Of a DNA stretch of 64,000 bases, positions 18,420 to 28,674 are shown one piece after another. Both the position numbers and the translations under genes were made by a program. The notes below the pieces were generated by a model, which had not been told where the DNA came from, made no database searches, and saw only the letters and a program-made list of their open reading frames with translations. Position 1 is the stretch's first letter, and the number at the start of each line of letters is the position of its first letter. The DNA comes from Nitrospira sp. GTDB lineage: Bacteria; Nitrospirota; Nitrospiria; Nitrospirales; Nitrospiraceae. The stretch is from NCBI GenBank assembly GCA_047150005.1, contig AP038806.1:3488001-3552000 (forward strand), written 5' to 3'.

Positions 18420-19157
18420 CTAACCCAATTCCCCCAGTCTCGATTGCATAATGCTCAACGCTACAATGGCTGCCGTTTCCGCCCGGAGAATCCTCGATCC
18501 CAACGTGAGCGGCCTATATCCCTGTTCCCGCATGAGTCGCAGCTCGTCCTCATTCCACCCCCCTTCCGGCCCGATCGCGAGCAGGATGGTCTGATGCGCT
18601 CCGGTCGGCAAGGTCACTGTGGTCAATGACATCTCCGTTGACCGTTCCGCCAGGATGAATTTGGCGGCGGATTGGTAAGCAGCCTTCGCCTTGGAAAGGT
18701 CGGTCGGGTCTCCGATCGTTGGAACGGTCCAGCGCTCCGATTGCTGCGCGGCTTCGAGGGCGATGCGTTCCCACCGTGCCCGTTGATGCTCGACCCGGTC
18801 TGGACGGACCTTCACCACCGCGTTCGTGGTTTGAACGGGGACGATGTGGTCCACGCCCAACTCGGTGGACTTCTGAATCACCCAATCCATCTTCTCTCCT
18901 TTGAGCAGGGCTTGGGCGAGGACGAGTTGCGGACCGCTTCTCACCGGAGCCGTAGTCGTGTCCAGGATCCGACACTCGATCAGGTGATCGGTCGTGGTGG
19001 TGATCTCGGCTCGATGTCGCCTGCGTCCTTCCTCAACGAGAGTGAGAATGTCGCCCCCGACCAGGCGAAGACTATCTTTTACATGGCGAAGGAGCGGGGA
19101 GGTGATGCGAATCGTCGGAGGAGTGACGGCGTCCGGCGCCACGAAAAATGAGGGCAT
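18420..19157 (-). CDS. rsmE: 16S rRNA m3U1498 methyltransferase
   Basis: KGEKMDWVIQKSTELG, EAAQQSER, IGPEGG, LGSRILRAETA. Confidence 0.95.
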   Translation of the reverse strand: MPSFFVAPDAVTPPTIRITSPLLRHVKDSLRLVGGDILTLVEEGRRRHRAEITTTTDHLIECRILDTTTAPVRSGPQLVLAQALLKGEKMDWVIQKSTELGVDHIVPVQTTNAVVKVRPDRVEHQRARWERIALEAAQQSERWTVPTIGDPTDLSKAKAAYQSAAKFILAERSTEMSLTTVTLPTGAHQTILLAIGPEGGWNEDELRLMREQGYRPLTLGSRILRAETAAIVALSIMQSRLGELG

Positions 19158-19199
19158 GGCAAGCGAGAAATCGGCGGAATACCTACGGGAGGACGTCCT

Positions 19200-20330
19200 T
19201 TATTCGAAGAAGGTCTTCATCTTGTCGAAGAAGCCGTCGCCGTCCGCTTCCATGGACATGCCGCTCTCTTTCGCGAACTCCATGAGCAGCTCTTTCTGGC
19301 GGCCGGTGAGCTTCGTGGGGATCTGGATCTTGATGGTATAGAGCTGATCGCCGGTCGTCTGTCCTTTGAGGCTTGGAATGCCCAAGCCCTTGAGGCGCAG
19401 GACCTTGTCCGGCTGGCTGCCGGCTGGGACTTTCAGGACGGTCGTGCCTTTGAGTGTGGGTACCTCGATCTTCCCACCGAGAATGGCGGTCACAAAGTTG
19501 ATCGGCACGTCACAGAGAATGTCGTTGCCCTTGCGTATAAAGACCGGATGGGACTTAACGGTGATCGCGACGTACAGATCACCGGGAGGCCCTCCGTTGA
19601 CCCCGTGCTCGCCTTCGTTGGCGAGACGCAGGCGCATGCCGGTTTCGATGCCGGCCGGAATATGGACGGTGATGGTCCGCTCGCGGTAGATCCGCTGGCG
19701 GCCTTGGCAGGCCGGGCAGGGCTCGGTCACGATGCGGCCGGCGCCGTCGCACTGACCGCAGGGACGGCTGACGCTGAAGAAGCCTTGCTGGAGTCGAATC
19801 TGTCCGGCGCCTTTGCAGCTGGGACAAGTCTTGATCGCCGACGCCGATTTCGCGCCGGACCCTTTGCAGTCGGCGCAGGACTCCCAACGAGGAATCTTCA
19901 GCTTGGCGTCCTTGCCGTAGACCGCCTCCTCGAACGTCAGTTCGAGGTTGTATTGCAAATCGTTGCCGCGCTCGGGACGTGTACCGCCCCGTTGCCCTCC
20001 GAAAAAATCCTCGAAAATGTCGTTGAAGACGTCCCCGAAACCTCCGCCGCGGCCGAAATCGAAGCCCTCGAATCCGGCGCCGCCTTGCGTGCCGGCATGC
20101 CCGAACATATCGTAACGTTTGCGCTTTTCCTGATCGCTGAGATGCTCGTAGGCTTCATTGATCTCCTTGAACTTCTCTTCGGCGTGTTTTTTCTGTTGGT
20201 CGCCGGTTTGGAGATCGGGATGGTATTGACGGGCGAGCTTGCGATAGGCCTTCTTGACCTCGTCCTCGCTCGCCGTCCGCTCGACACCCAACGTTTCGTA
20301 GAAATCGCGTTTCGCCACGGAAGGCATCAT
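19200..20330 (-). CDS. dnaJ: chaperone DnaJ
   Basis: HPD J-domain, G/F region, four CxxCxGxG-type repeats. Confidence 0.98.
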   Translation of the reverse strand: MMPSVAKRDFYETLGVERTASEDEVKKAYRKLARQYHPDLQTGDQQKKHAEEKFKEINEAYEHLSDQEKRKRYDMFGHAGTQGGAGFEGFDFGRGGGFGDVFNDIFEDFFGGQRGGTRPERGNDLQYNLELTFEEAVYGKDAKLKIPRWESCADCKGSGAKSASAIKTCPSCKGAGQIRLQQGFFSVSRPCGQCDGAGRIVTEPCPACQGRQRIYRERTITVHIPAGIETGMRLRLANEGEHGVNGGPPGDLYVAITVKSHPVFIRKGNDILCDVPINFVTAILGGKIEVPTLKGTTVLKVPAGSQPDKVLRLKGLGIPSLKGQTTGDQLYTIKIQIPTKLTGRQKELLMEFAKESGMSMEADGDGFFDKMKTFFE

Positions 20331-20350
20331 CCCTTATGGATCGCGTAGAA

Positions 20351-20384
20351 AGACCGGGCCCCGCGTCTTGGCGAAACCCGGTCT
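20351..20384 (-). terminator. stem-loop between dnaK and dnaJ (partial terminator or mRNA stabiliser)
   Basis: Minus strand AGACCGGGTTTCGC-caagac-GCGGGGCCCGGTCT forms a 14-bp stem with G-U pairs, followed by a short TTCT. Confidence 0.6.
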
Positions 20385-20403
20385 CACTGCTGAGTATTTT
20401 AAC

Positions 20404-22329
20404 TTACTTTTTGTCCTTGTCCACTTCTTCGAACTCGGCGTCCACGACCTTCTCGTCGGTCTTGGCGCCGTTGTTCTGCTGGCCCGACCCGTCACCTGCA
20501 CCGGGGCTTGCCGAGGCGCTGGCCGACGCCTTTTTGTACATTTCTTCGGCCAGTTTGTGCGATGCGGTCGTCAATGCCTGCGTGGCGGATTCGATCGCGT
20601 CCGGGTCCTGGCCTTCCATGGCCTTTTTCAGATTGGCGATGGCCTCTTCGATCTTGGATTTCTCCTCCGGCGCGATCTTGTCGCCATGCTCGGAGAGGTT
20701 CTTCTCCGTCTGATAGAGAAGATTATCCGCCTGATTTTTGGCCTCGGCGGCCTTGCGGCGCTTCTTGTCGTCCTCGGTATGTGCCTGCGCGTCCTTCACG
20801 AGCTTCTCCACTTCCTCCTTGCTGAGCCCGCTGGAGGCCGTGATCTTGATGGACTGTTCCTTTTGCGTCGCCAAGTCCTTCGCCGAGACATGGACGATCC
20901 CGTTGGCGTCGATATCGAACGTGACCTCGATCTGCGGCATTCCGCGGGGAGCGGGAGGAATGCCGACCAAGTCGAACTGGCCCAGCAGCTTGTTGTCGTT
21001 AGCCATCTCCCGTTCGCCCTGGAACACACGGATCGTGACGGCCGTTTGATTATCCGCCGCGGTCGAAAACACCTGGCTCTTCTTGGTCGGCACGGTCGTG
21101 TTCCGCTCGATGAGCTTGGTGAAGACCCCGCCGAGGGTCTCGATGCCCAGCGAAAGCGGCGTCACGTCCAGCAACAAGACGTCCTTGACGTCGCCCTTGA
21201 GCACGCCGCCCTGAATGCCGGCGCCGATGGCCACGACTTCGTCCGGGTTGACGCCTCGGTGCGGTTCCTTGCCGAAGAAATCTTTGACCACCTGAATGAC
21301 TTTCGGCATCCGGGTCATGCCGCCGACGAGCACCACTTCGTTGATGTCGCGCGGCGAAACGCCGGCGTCGGCCAGCGCCTTTTTACACGGATCGATCGTC
21401 CGCTGGATCAGGTCGTCGACGAGCTGCTCGAGCTTGGCCCTCGTCAGTTTGATGACCATGTGCTTGGGTCCGCTGGCATCCGCGGTGATGAACGGGAGGT
21501 TGATCTCGGTTTCCTGGGAGGACGACAATTCGATCTTGGCCCGTTCCGCCGCTTCCTTGAGACGCTGCAATGCCATCCGATCCTTCCGCAGATCAATGCC
21601 CTGGTCCTTCCTGAACTCATCGACCAGCCAGTCCATGACGCGGAGGTCGAAGTCGTCGCCGCCCAAATAGGTATCGCCGTTCGTGGATTTGACTTCGAAA
21701 ACGCCTTCGCCGATTTCGAGCACTGACACGTCGAATGTGCCGCCGCCGAGGTCGTACACGGCGATCCGTTCGTCCTTCTTTTTGTCGAGCCCATAGGCCA
21801 ACGATGCCGCGGTGGGCTCGTTGATGATTCTGAGCACGTTCAACCCGGCGATCTGCCCCGCATCCTTGGTGGCTTGCCGCTGGCTGTCGTCGAAATACGC
21901 CGGCACCGTAACGACGGCCTCGGTGACCTTCTCGCCCAGATAGTCCTCGGCGGTTTGCCGCATCTTCTGCAGAATCATGGCGGAAATTTCAGGCGGACTG
22001 TAGCGTTTACCGCGAAGCTCGACGTGCGCGTCGCCGTTGTCGGCTTCCACGACCTTGTAGGGCAGGCGCTTCAGGGCCTCTTGGACTTCCTTGCTGCGGA
22101 ACTTGCGTCCCATGAGGCGCTTGACGGAGAAAATCGTATTTTCTGGATTGGTGATGGCCTGTCGTTTGGCGATCTGGCCGACCAGCCGTTCGGCCTTGTC
22201 CGTGATGGCGACGACGGACGGCGTGGTCCGGCTGCCTTCCGCATTCGCGATGACCACGGGGTCCCCCCCGCTCATAATGGCCACGCAGGAATTGGTGGTC
22301 CCTAAGTCGATGCCGATTACTTTACCCAT
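20404..22329 (-). CDS. dnaK: chaperone DnaK
   Basis: [32 protein letters not shown]. Confidence 0.99.
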   Translation of the reverse strand: MGKVIGIDLGTTNSCVAIMSGGDPVVIANAEGSRTTPSVVAITDKAERLVGQIAKRQAITNPENTIFSVKRLMGRKFRSKEVQEALKRLPYKVVEADNGDAHVELRGKRYSPPEISAMILQKMRQTAEDYLGEKVTEAVVTVPAYFDDSQRQATKDAGQIAGLNVLRIINEPTAASLAYGLDKKKDERIAVYDLGGGTFDVSVLEIGEGVFEVKSTNGDTYLGGDDFDLRVMDWLVDEFRKDQGIDLRKDRMALQRLKEAAERAKIELSSSQETEINLPFITADASGPKHMVIKLTRAKLEQLVDDLIQRTIDPCKKALADAGVSPRDINEVVLVGGMTRMPKVIQVVKDFFGKEPHRGVNPDEVVAIGAGIQGGVLKGDVKDVLLLDVTPLSLGIETLGGVFTKLIERNTTVPTKKSQVFSTAADNQTAVTIRVFQGEREMANDNKLLGQFDLVGIPPAPRGMPQIEVTFDIDANGIVHVSAKDLATQKEQSIKITASSGLSKEEVEKLVKDAQAHTEDDKKRRKAAEAKNQADNLLYQTEKNLSEHGDKIAPEEKSKIEEAIANLKKAMEGQDPDAIESATQALTTASHKLAEEMYKKASASASASPGAGDGSGQQNNGAKTDEKVVDAEFEEVDKDKK

Positions 22330-22365
22330 GATGTATGTGCTCCTTCCGCTCTCACAATGATTTCA

Positions 22366-22950
22366 TCAGTTAGCGTCATCCGTTTCATCCGCCGCCCCGC
22401 CCGCCGACACCGTCACCATGGCGGCTCTCAAGATACGATCATGCAAGCGATAGCCTCGTTGAAACTCCTCCACCACATGCTGGGCCGGCACTTTGTCCGA
22501 CGGCACGGACGCCACGGCTTGATGGGCCGAAGGGTCGAAGGGTTTGCCGACCGTTTCTATGGCCTGTACTCCGAATCTCCCCAGCACCGTGAGCAATTGT
22601 TTGAGGGTCAAGTCGACGCCTTGAATCAGGGAATCGTTGATCCCGTCGGTTTTGGCCGCCTTGATGGCTCGTTCCAGATTATCGACTGTCGGTAAGAGTT
22701 CTTTGAGCAACTGTTCATTGCCGAACCTGATCTGTTCCCGCTGATCCCGCTGGGCCAGGCGTTTGTAGTTGTCGAACTCGGCGGCGTGCCGCAAGTACTT
22801 GTCGTGGAGCGCTTTCAGCTCTTCGGACTTGGCACCCAGCGCTTTTTGCAATGCCGCCTCGGACGATTCTCCGGATACAGTAGACGAGTCGACAGCTGCG
22901 TCTTCATCTAAGTTGTCAATTATATTGGCGTTCTTATCCTTTTCAGACAC
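22366..22950 (-). CDS. grpE: nucleotide exchange factor GrpE
   Basis: AEFDNYKR, FDPSAHQA, GYRLHDRILRAAMV; GTG start. Confidence 0.95.
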   Translation of the reverse strand: MSEKDKNANIIDNLDEDAAVDSSTVSGESSEAALQKALGAKSEELKALHDKYLRHAAEFDNYKRLAQRDQREQIRFGNEQLLKELLPTVDNLERAIKAAKTDGINDSLIQGVDLTLKQLLTVLGRFGVQAIETVGKPFDPSAHQAVASVPSDKVPAQHVVEEFQRGYRLHDRILRAAMVTVSAGGAADETDDAN

Positions 22951-23049
22951 CGGTGCACCTCTTGTCGGTAAGAGGTAGACACCGATGACATAAAGTCAAC
23001 AGGCGCCTGAAAAATTACTTGGATGGCCGAGCGGATCAGACTTCGCGGG

Positions 23050-23841
23050 TCAAACTTCGATGGAGGGGGAGGGGGTTCCTCGCGCGCGATCGTACAGCAA
23101 GCGCAACCCTTCCAGGGTCAGCAGCGGTTCCACCTTGTGAATGGACACGGTTTCGGGTGCGACAATGACGCTGAGCCCACCGGTCGCGATGACGAAGGTC
23201 TGGCGTCCGAGTTCTTGTTCAATGCGTCGCACGAGCGCATCGACCAGACCTGCATAGCCGAACAGCAGGCCGGCCTGGACGCTCGCCGTCGTATCCGTTC
23301 CGATGACGGTCTTTGGCTTCGTCAACTCCACTTTGGATAACTTTGCCGCCCGCGCGAACAACGCTTCCGCAGAAATGCTCAGACCCGGGGCGATGACTCC
23401 GCCCAGATACTCGGCGCCCGCCGTGATCGCGCAAAAGGTGGTGGCGGTGCCGAAATCAACCACGATGAGGTCCCGCCTGTACTTGTGATAGGCCGCCGCC
23501 GCGTTCACGAGACGATCGCTTCCGATTTCCCTGGGATTGGCATAGCGAAGGGTCAGACCCAGATCCATGTCGGCAGCGACGACCAGCGCCCGCCGGCGAA
23601 AATAGACGCCGCTCAATTCCTCGAAGGTTCCGGTGAGAGCCGGGACGACGCTCGAGACGATGGCTCCGGTCATACGTTCCGGGAGAATGCCCACGGACGT
23701 GAGCAAACTGGTGAACAGGATGCCGTATTCGTCGGAGGTCTTTTTCGAGTCGGTCGCCAGACGCCAGTGGGCGATGAGCCGAGGTCCGTCGTAGACCCCC
23801 CAGACGATGTTGGTGTTGCCGATGTCGACGACCAGGAGCAT
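23050..23841 (-). CDS. coaX: type III pantothenate kinase
   Basis: MLLVVDIGNTN, IGSDR, VVDFGTATT, GGVIAPG, LTLEGL. Confidence 0.95.
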   Translation of the reverse strand: MLLVVDIGNTNIVWGVYDGPRLIAHWRLATDSKKTSDEYGILFTSLLTSVGILPERMTGAIVSSVVPALTGTFEELSGVYFRRRALVVAADMDLGLTLRYANPREIGSDRLVNAAAAYHKYRRDLIVVDFGTATTFCAITAGAEYLGGVIAPGLSISAEALFARAAKLSKVELTKPKTVIGTDTTASVQAGLLFGYAGLVDALVRRIEQELGRQTFVIATGGLSVIVAPETVSIHKVEPLLTLEGLRLLYDRARGTPSPSIEV

Positions 23842-23858
23842 GCGCGTATTGTACGGCA

Positions 23859-24716
23859 CTACCCCGCAGTTTCTCCAGGCCGCACGTGGGCGATGTCCGC
23901 TGCGCGAAGGGAACGAATGTCGGGACGCCCTCCGCCTGTCGGCTGAGGGTCTCTGACGACTTGCAGGGAGCCGTCCGGCCCGATGGCCTTGGCGATTCCG
24001 CTGAACTCCTCTCCTCCGGCGAGCGAGACTCGGACACGGCGTCCCAACGTAACGCACCGGCGTGCATAGGCCATGGCAATCCGCCGGCTGCCTTCCGCGG
24101 TCAATTCACCCAGGCAATGTTCGATTTCGAGGAGAAGCCGGCTCATCAGATGATTGCGGTCCAGCAGACGACCGGTTTCCTCACGAATTGTGGTGGAGGC
24201 AGCTTGAAGTTCGGGAGGAAAGTCATCGCCGGTGCCGTTGACGTTGAGGCCGATTCCGATCACTTGAAACGAGCCGGACGAGGCGGTGGAACCGCTTTCG
24301 CAGAGGATTCCTCCGATCTTGCGCTCCTGGACCAGCAGATCGTTGGGCCACTTCAGTGTCGTCTGGAGCAAGGCCGCCGCTTCGATCGCCTCCGAGGCGC
24401 CGAGAGCCGTCGCCAGGGGCAGCCAGGACAGCCATTGAGAGAACCGCGTCGGCGGTACCGAGGTTTTGACGATCACAGAACAGTAGAGGTTGATTCCCGG
24501 AGGCGAAAACCAGCTGCGTCCCAAGCGACCGCGCCCCTGTGTCTGCTCTTCGGCCACGACGACCGTTCCGTGCTCCGCTCCTGCCTGAGCCAGCGCGAAT
24601 GCCTCCCGGTTCGTCGAATCCACTTGCTGGTGGAGTTCAATTCTGGCGCCGAGCGTTTCGGTAGCGAGCAGGGTTCGGATACCGTCGCGAGTCAACGGAG
24701 GTGAGAGAGGCATCAC
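23859..24716 (-). CDS. birA: biotin--protein ligase (no N-terminal HTH)
   Basis: DSTN, QTQGRGRLGRSW, KWPND, KIGGIL, GIGLNV. Confidence 0.93.
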   Translation of the reverse strand: MMPLSPPLTRDGIRTLLATETLGARIELHQQVDSTNREAFALAQAGAEHGTVVVAEEQTQGRGRLGRSWFSPPGINLYCSVIVKTSVPPTRFSQWLSWLPLATALGASEAIEAAALLQTTLKWPNDLLVQERKIGGILCESGSTASSGSFQVIGIGLNVNGTGDDFPPELQAASTTIREETGRLLDRNHLMSRLLLEIEHCLGELTAEGSRRIAMAYARRCVTLGRRVRVSLAGGEEFSGIAKAIGPDGSLQVVRDPQPTGGGRPDIRSLRAADIAHVRPGETAG

Positions 24717-24719
24717 CGG

Positions 24720-25598
24720 TCAGGATCGCCTTTTCGTGTGCGACGCAGCCTTCAGTTCCAGGCTCAATGTCGCGGCGGGAGCGGAGTGGGTGAGTGCGCC
24801 GATGGAGATACGATCGGCTCCGGCGGCCGCCATGGCGCGTACATTTTTCAGGGTGATTCCGCCCGAGACCTCGACCAGGGCACGGCCGGCGATCAGTTGA
24901 ACGGCTTTTCTGACATGGGTGACGGTCATGTTGTCCAACAGAATGATCTGAGCTTTTCCTTCCAGAGCATGTTTGACTTCCCGGATCGACTCCACTTCCA
25001 CGATCAGCGGTTTCTCGTCCGGCGGAGCGGATCGGACAGCGAGGCAAGCGCACAAAACAGGCGCTCGTTTGCCGTGCAGGAGTGCCAGATGATTGTCTTT
25101 GACGAGGAAGCCGTCCGCCAGAGACTTACGGTGGTTGACGCCGCCACCGAGCGCCACCGCCCATTTCTGGATGGCTCTCCATCCCGGAAGCGTCTTGCGC
25201 GTGTCCATGATGCTCACGGGATAGCCGCGCACGGCTCGACAGAACCGGCGGGTCAGCGTGGCGATGCCGGAGAGATGTTGGAGGAAATTCAGCGCGACTC
25301 GTTCAGCCATGAGAATCGACCGCCCGTCGCCGGTGATGGTCATCAGGACGTCGCCGGCCTTGGCCGGCATGCCGTCGCGCCTGACCACGGACAACAGAAG
25401 AGAAGGATCGACCGCCAGAAAGGTTTGCACGGCGGGAGTCATGCCCGCGACCACGATGTCTTCTTGAGCGACGATGCGGGCGCGGGCTTCAATCGGGGCG
25501 GAGAACAGAGACTCCGTCGTGACGTCTCCTTCAGCGAGATCCTCGACGATTCCCATACGAACCGCGCGTCTGATGTCTGCGGCCGGCGGAGGCACCAT
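24720..25598 (-). CDS. nadC: quinolinate phosphoribosyltransferase
   Basis: ERVALNFL, DTRKTLPG, NHR, KDNH, EVE, LLDN, SGGI, ISIGALTHSA. Confidence 0.95.
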   Translation of the reverse strand: MVPPPAADIRRAVRMGIVEDLAEGDVTTESLFSAPIEARARIVAQEDIVVAGMTPAVQTFLAVDPSLLLSVVRRDGMPAKAGDVLMTITGDGRSILMAERVALNFLQHLSGIATLTRRFCRAVRGYPVSIMDTRKTLPGWRAIQKWAVALGGGVNHRKSLADGFLVKDNHLALLHGKRAPVLCACLAVRSAPPDEKPLIVEVESIREVKHALEGKAQIILLDNMTVTHVRKAVQLIAGRALVEVSGGITLKNVRAMAAAGADRISIGALTHSAPAATLSLELKAASHTKRRS

Positions 25599-25600
25599 GG

Positions 25601-28369
25601 TCAGGCTTCCAGCATCGCCCGCAGCTGAGTGGCGCTGCTGGCGAGGATGGTCCGGTCGCCGCGGAGCGTGCGGAGTCGCTGCTGGTGATCGGCAATCACC
25701 TCGGGGGGCGCCTTGGCGGTGAATTCCGCGTTGCTCAATTTTCCTTCCAACCGACCGATCTCCTTGGCCTGCTCGTCCTGCTGCTTGAGGAGGCGATCGA
25801 GCGCTTTCTGGACATCGACGTCGTCGGCCACCGTGATCGCGATGGTGAGGCCTTCCGTGACCATCCGCAGTCGTTTCACGGTCGAACGATCTGAATCCTG
25901 CTCGATCGTTCCTCGGCCCAGATGCGCGATGTACGGATGAAGGGTCTCCACCTGTCGTCGCCGGACCGAATCGTCGTGGGTGACGACGAATCGGATCGGC
26001 TGTGCCGGAGGATAGCTCAGCAGCACCCTCGCAGTGCGGAGCAGACTCACGGTGTGGTCGAGCAGCGTGAAGCGCTCCTCCATGTCCGGTGCCGCCCAAG
26101 AAGCAACGGGAACCGGATAGGGCCGCGTCATGACGCTGTCCCCGTCGTGGGGGAGAGCCTGCCAAATCTCCTCTGTGATGAAAGGCATGAACGGATGCAG
26201 GAGGCGCATGATCGTTTCGAGCGTGTCGGCGAGCGTCTGTCTGGTCGCTTGTGCCTCCTCCGCTGCCGCGTCTTGGAGCGCGGGTTTGATCATCTCGAGG
26301 TACCAGTCACAGTACTCGCGCCAGATGAACTGGTACAGCACCATGGCCGCCCGATCGAAACGGTATGCCTCCAACTCGTCGCTGACAAGCTGCACTGTGT
26401 GGTTCAGACGGCTCATGATCCAGCGATCGGGAAAGGACCGCTCGGAAACGGGCTTCGATATGCGGGGCTTGTCGAGATGCATATGGGCAAAACGAGCCGC
26501 ATTCCAGATCTTGTTCGCAAAATTACGGTACCCTTCGATCCGGTCTTCGGCGAGCCGCACATCCCGACCGGGGGATGCCATCGAAGCCAGCGTAAAGCGC
26601 AGTGCGTCGGTGCCGTATTGGTCCATCACGTGGAGCGGATCTATCACATTGCCTTTCGATTTGCTCATCTTCTGTCCCTCGGCATCCCGCACGAGGGCGT
26701 GAATGTAGACGTCGCGAAAGGGCACCTCTCCCATGAACTTCAGTCCGAGCATGATCATGCGGGCGACCCAGAAAAAGAGGATGTCGAGGCCGGTCACCAA
26801 TGTCGAGGTGGGGTAGTAGGTCTTCAGCTCAGGTGTCTGATCGGGCCATCCTAAGGTCGAGAAGGGCCAGAGACCGGATGAGAACCACGTGTCGAGCACG
26901 TCGAGATCTCGCAGCAGTCTTGTGCCGCCGCAGGTAGGGCAGTTCGAGGGGGCGGAACGCGCGACGATCGGGCGGGCCGTCTTGGTGATTACGATTCTCT
27001 CACGGCCGCCGGCTTCTCCAGAAGGTCCCTGGGTCTGATGCGTGAGAATCGAATCAGCATTGCACGCCAGGCAATACCAAGCCGGGATCTGATGCCCCCA
27101 CCAGATTTGGCGCGAGACGCACCAGTCTTTGATCTCCCTCATCCAGCCCAGATAGTTGTTCTTCCAACCCTCGGGGATAATCCGAATTTTTCCGGTTTCT
27201 ACCGCCTCGATGGCCGGTTCCGCGAGCGGATGGATCCTCACGAACCATTGGGGAGACAGATAGGGCTCGACGATCGTCTTGCAGCGGTAGCAATGGCCGA
27301 GGGCCATTTTGTGGTCCTCGGTTTTCTCGAGAAGGCCGCGCTCGGTGAGTGCGGTGACAATCAACGTCCTCGCTTTCTGCACCGACTTCCCTTCCAGTTG
27401 AACGCGGAGGTCCTCCTCCACCTCGGCCTCACGCAATCCAGAAGAATCCATTCTGGCCTGTTCGTCGTACAGAGAGAGCCGCGGAAGCCGATGCCGTTCG
27501 CCGGCCTCGAAGTCGTTGAAGTCATGCGCGGGGGTGATCTTGACCGCACCGGTTCCGAACTCCAAATCAACGAGCACCGGATCGGCAACGACGGGAATCC
27601 GGCGCGCGGTGAGCGGAAGCAAGACATGGCGCCCCACCAGTTGGCGATGGCGAGGATCCTCGGGATGAACCGCCACGGCCATGTCACCCAGGAGCGTCTC
27701 GGGTCTTGTCGTGGCGACCGTCAGAGACAGGGCGGGCTCGTCCGCCAGCGGGTAACGGATGTGATAGAGCTTGCCCTTGACCTCCTCGTGCTCGACCTCG
27801 ATGTCCGATAGAGCGGTCAAACAGCGCGGACACCAATTGATGAGCCGTTCGCCTCGGTACATCAACCCATCCTCGTGGAGCCGGACGAAGACCTCGGTTA
27901 CGGCTTTCGAGAGGCCGTCATCCATCGTGAAGCGGAGCCGGTACCAATCGCAGGACTCACCGAGCTGTTTCTGCTGGCTGATGATCTTGTTTCCTGACGC
28001 GGCCTTCCATTGCCAGACTCGTTCGATGAAGCGTTCGCGACCGAGCGTTTCCCTGGACGATCCTTCCGCCAGCAGCTGCTTCTCCACGACGTTCTGGGTG
28101 GCGATACCGGCGTGATCGGTGCCGGGAAGCCAGAGCGTATTCCGCCCCTGCATCCGCCGCCAACGCACCAGAATGTCTTGCAGGGAATGATTCAGTGCAT
28201 GGCCGACGTGCAGCGAGCCCGTGACATTCGGCGGAGGAATGACGATGGAATAGGGGAGGCCCGGACGATCAGGCGACGTGTGGAAATAGCTCCGGTCGAT
28301 CCATATTTGGTACCACCGTGCCTCCACCGTTTTCGGATCGTAGGTCTTGTCGAGTTGGCGGGTCGTCAT
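25601..28369 (-). CDS. valS: valine--tRNA ligase
   Basis: PPPNVTGSLHVGH, KMSKSKGN, C-terminal coiled coil; start MTTRQLDKTYDP. Confidence 0.98.
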   Translation of the reverse strand: MTTRQLDKTYDPKTVEARWYQIWIDRSYFHTSPDRPGLPYSIVIPPPNVTGSLHVGHALNHSLQDILVRWRRMQGRNTLWLPGTDHAGIATQNVVEKQLLAEGSSRETLGRERFIERVWQWKAASGNKIISQQKQLGESCDWYRLRFTMDDGLSKAVTEVFVRLHEDGLMYRGERLINWCPRCLTALSDIEVEHEEVKGKLYHIRYPLADEPALSLTVATTRPETLLGDMAVAVHPEDPRHRQLVGRHVLLPLTARRIPVVADPVLVDLEFGTGAVKITPAHDFNDFEAGERHRLPRLSLYDEQARMDSSGLREAEVEEDLRVQLEGKSVQKARTLIVTALTERGLLEKTEDHKMALGHCYRCKTIVEPYLSPQWFVRIHPLAEPAIEAVETGKIRIIPEGWKNNYLGWMREIKDWCVSRQIWWGHQIPAWYCLACNADSILTHQTQGPSGEAGGRERIVITKTARPIVARSAPSNCPTCGGTRLLRDLDVLDTWFSSGLWPFSTLGWPDQTPELKTYYPTSTLVTGLDILFFWVARMIMLGLKFMGEVPFRDVYIHALVRDAEGQKMSKSKGNVIDPLHVMDQYGTDALRFTLASMASPGRDVRLAEDRIEGYRNFANKIWNAARFAHMHLDKPRISKPVSERSFPDRWIMSRLNHTVQLVSDELEAYRFDRAAMVLYQFIWREYCDWYLEMIKPALQDAAAEEAQATRQTLADTLETIMRLLHPFMPFITEEIWQALPHDGDSVMTRPYPVPVASWAAPDMEERFTLLDHTVSLLRTARVLLSYPPAQPIRFVVTHDDSVRRRQVETLHPYIAHLGRGTIEQDSDRSTVKRLRMVTEGLTIAITVADDVDVQKALDRLLKQQDEQAKEIGRLEGKLSNAEFTAKAPPEVIADHQQRLRTLRGDRTILASSATQLRAMLEA

Positions 28370-28544
28370 GCATGCCGTTGCAATAGGCGGACGCATCTTA
28401 GCACGCGGATGGACCCCTCTCAAGATTCCGTCAAGGCGCACACGCTTGAGGAGCCGGGGTCCCTGTGCTATACAGTCGCGCAGCGAGCCGGAAGGAGTTC
28501 CGGTTGGAGTTCACACATCTCTTCAGTCACTAGGGAGAGCATCC

Positions 28545-28658
28545 ATGGCAACCGGTCGGGAAAAGGATCGTAAGACGAGGAAGAAGCACCGCAAGAATGT
28601 GAAGCGGAAGAAGGCGCTGGCTCAGGCTCGGCGTGGGAAAAAGGGAAAGAGGGGCTAG
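28545..28658 (+). CDS. 37-aa Lys/Arg-rich small protein
   Basis: MATGREKDRKTRKKHRKNVKRKKALAQARRGKKGKRG, with AGGGAGAG RBS upstream. Confidence 0.6.
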   Translation: MATGREKDRKTRKKHRKNVKRKKALAQARRGKKGKRG

Positions 28659-28674
28659 CGGTTGTCTCTGACCG

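Noticed and set aside
22951..23049. CIRCE operator or hrcA upstream of grpE-dnaK-dnaJ
   Set aside because: No TTAGCACTC-N9-GAGTGCTAA and no hrcA gene in the window.
28470..28540. SRP RNA or T-box near valS (CCGGAAGG)
   Set aside because: Lacks the surrounding SRP helix-8 consensus and T-box motifs.
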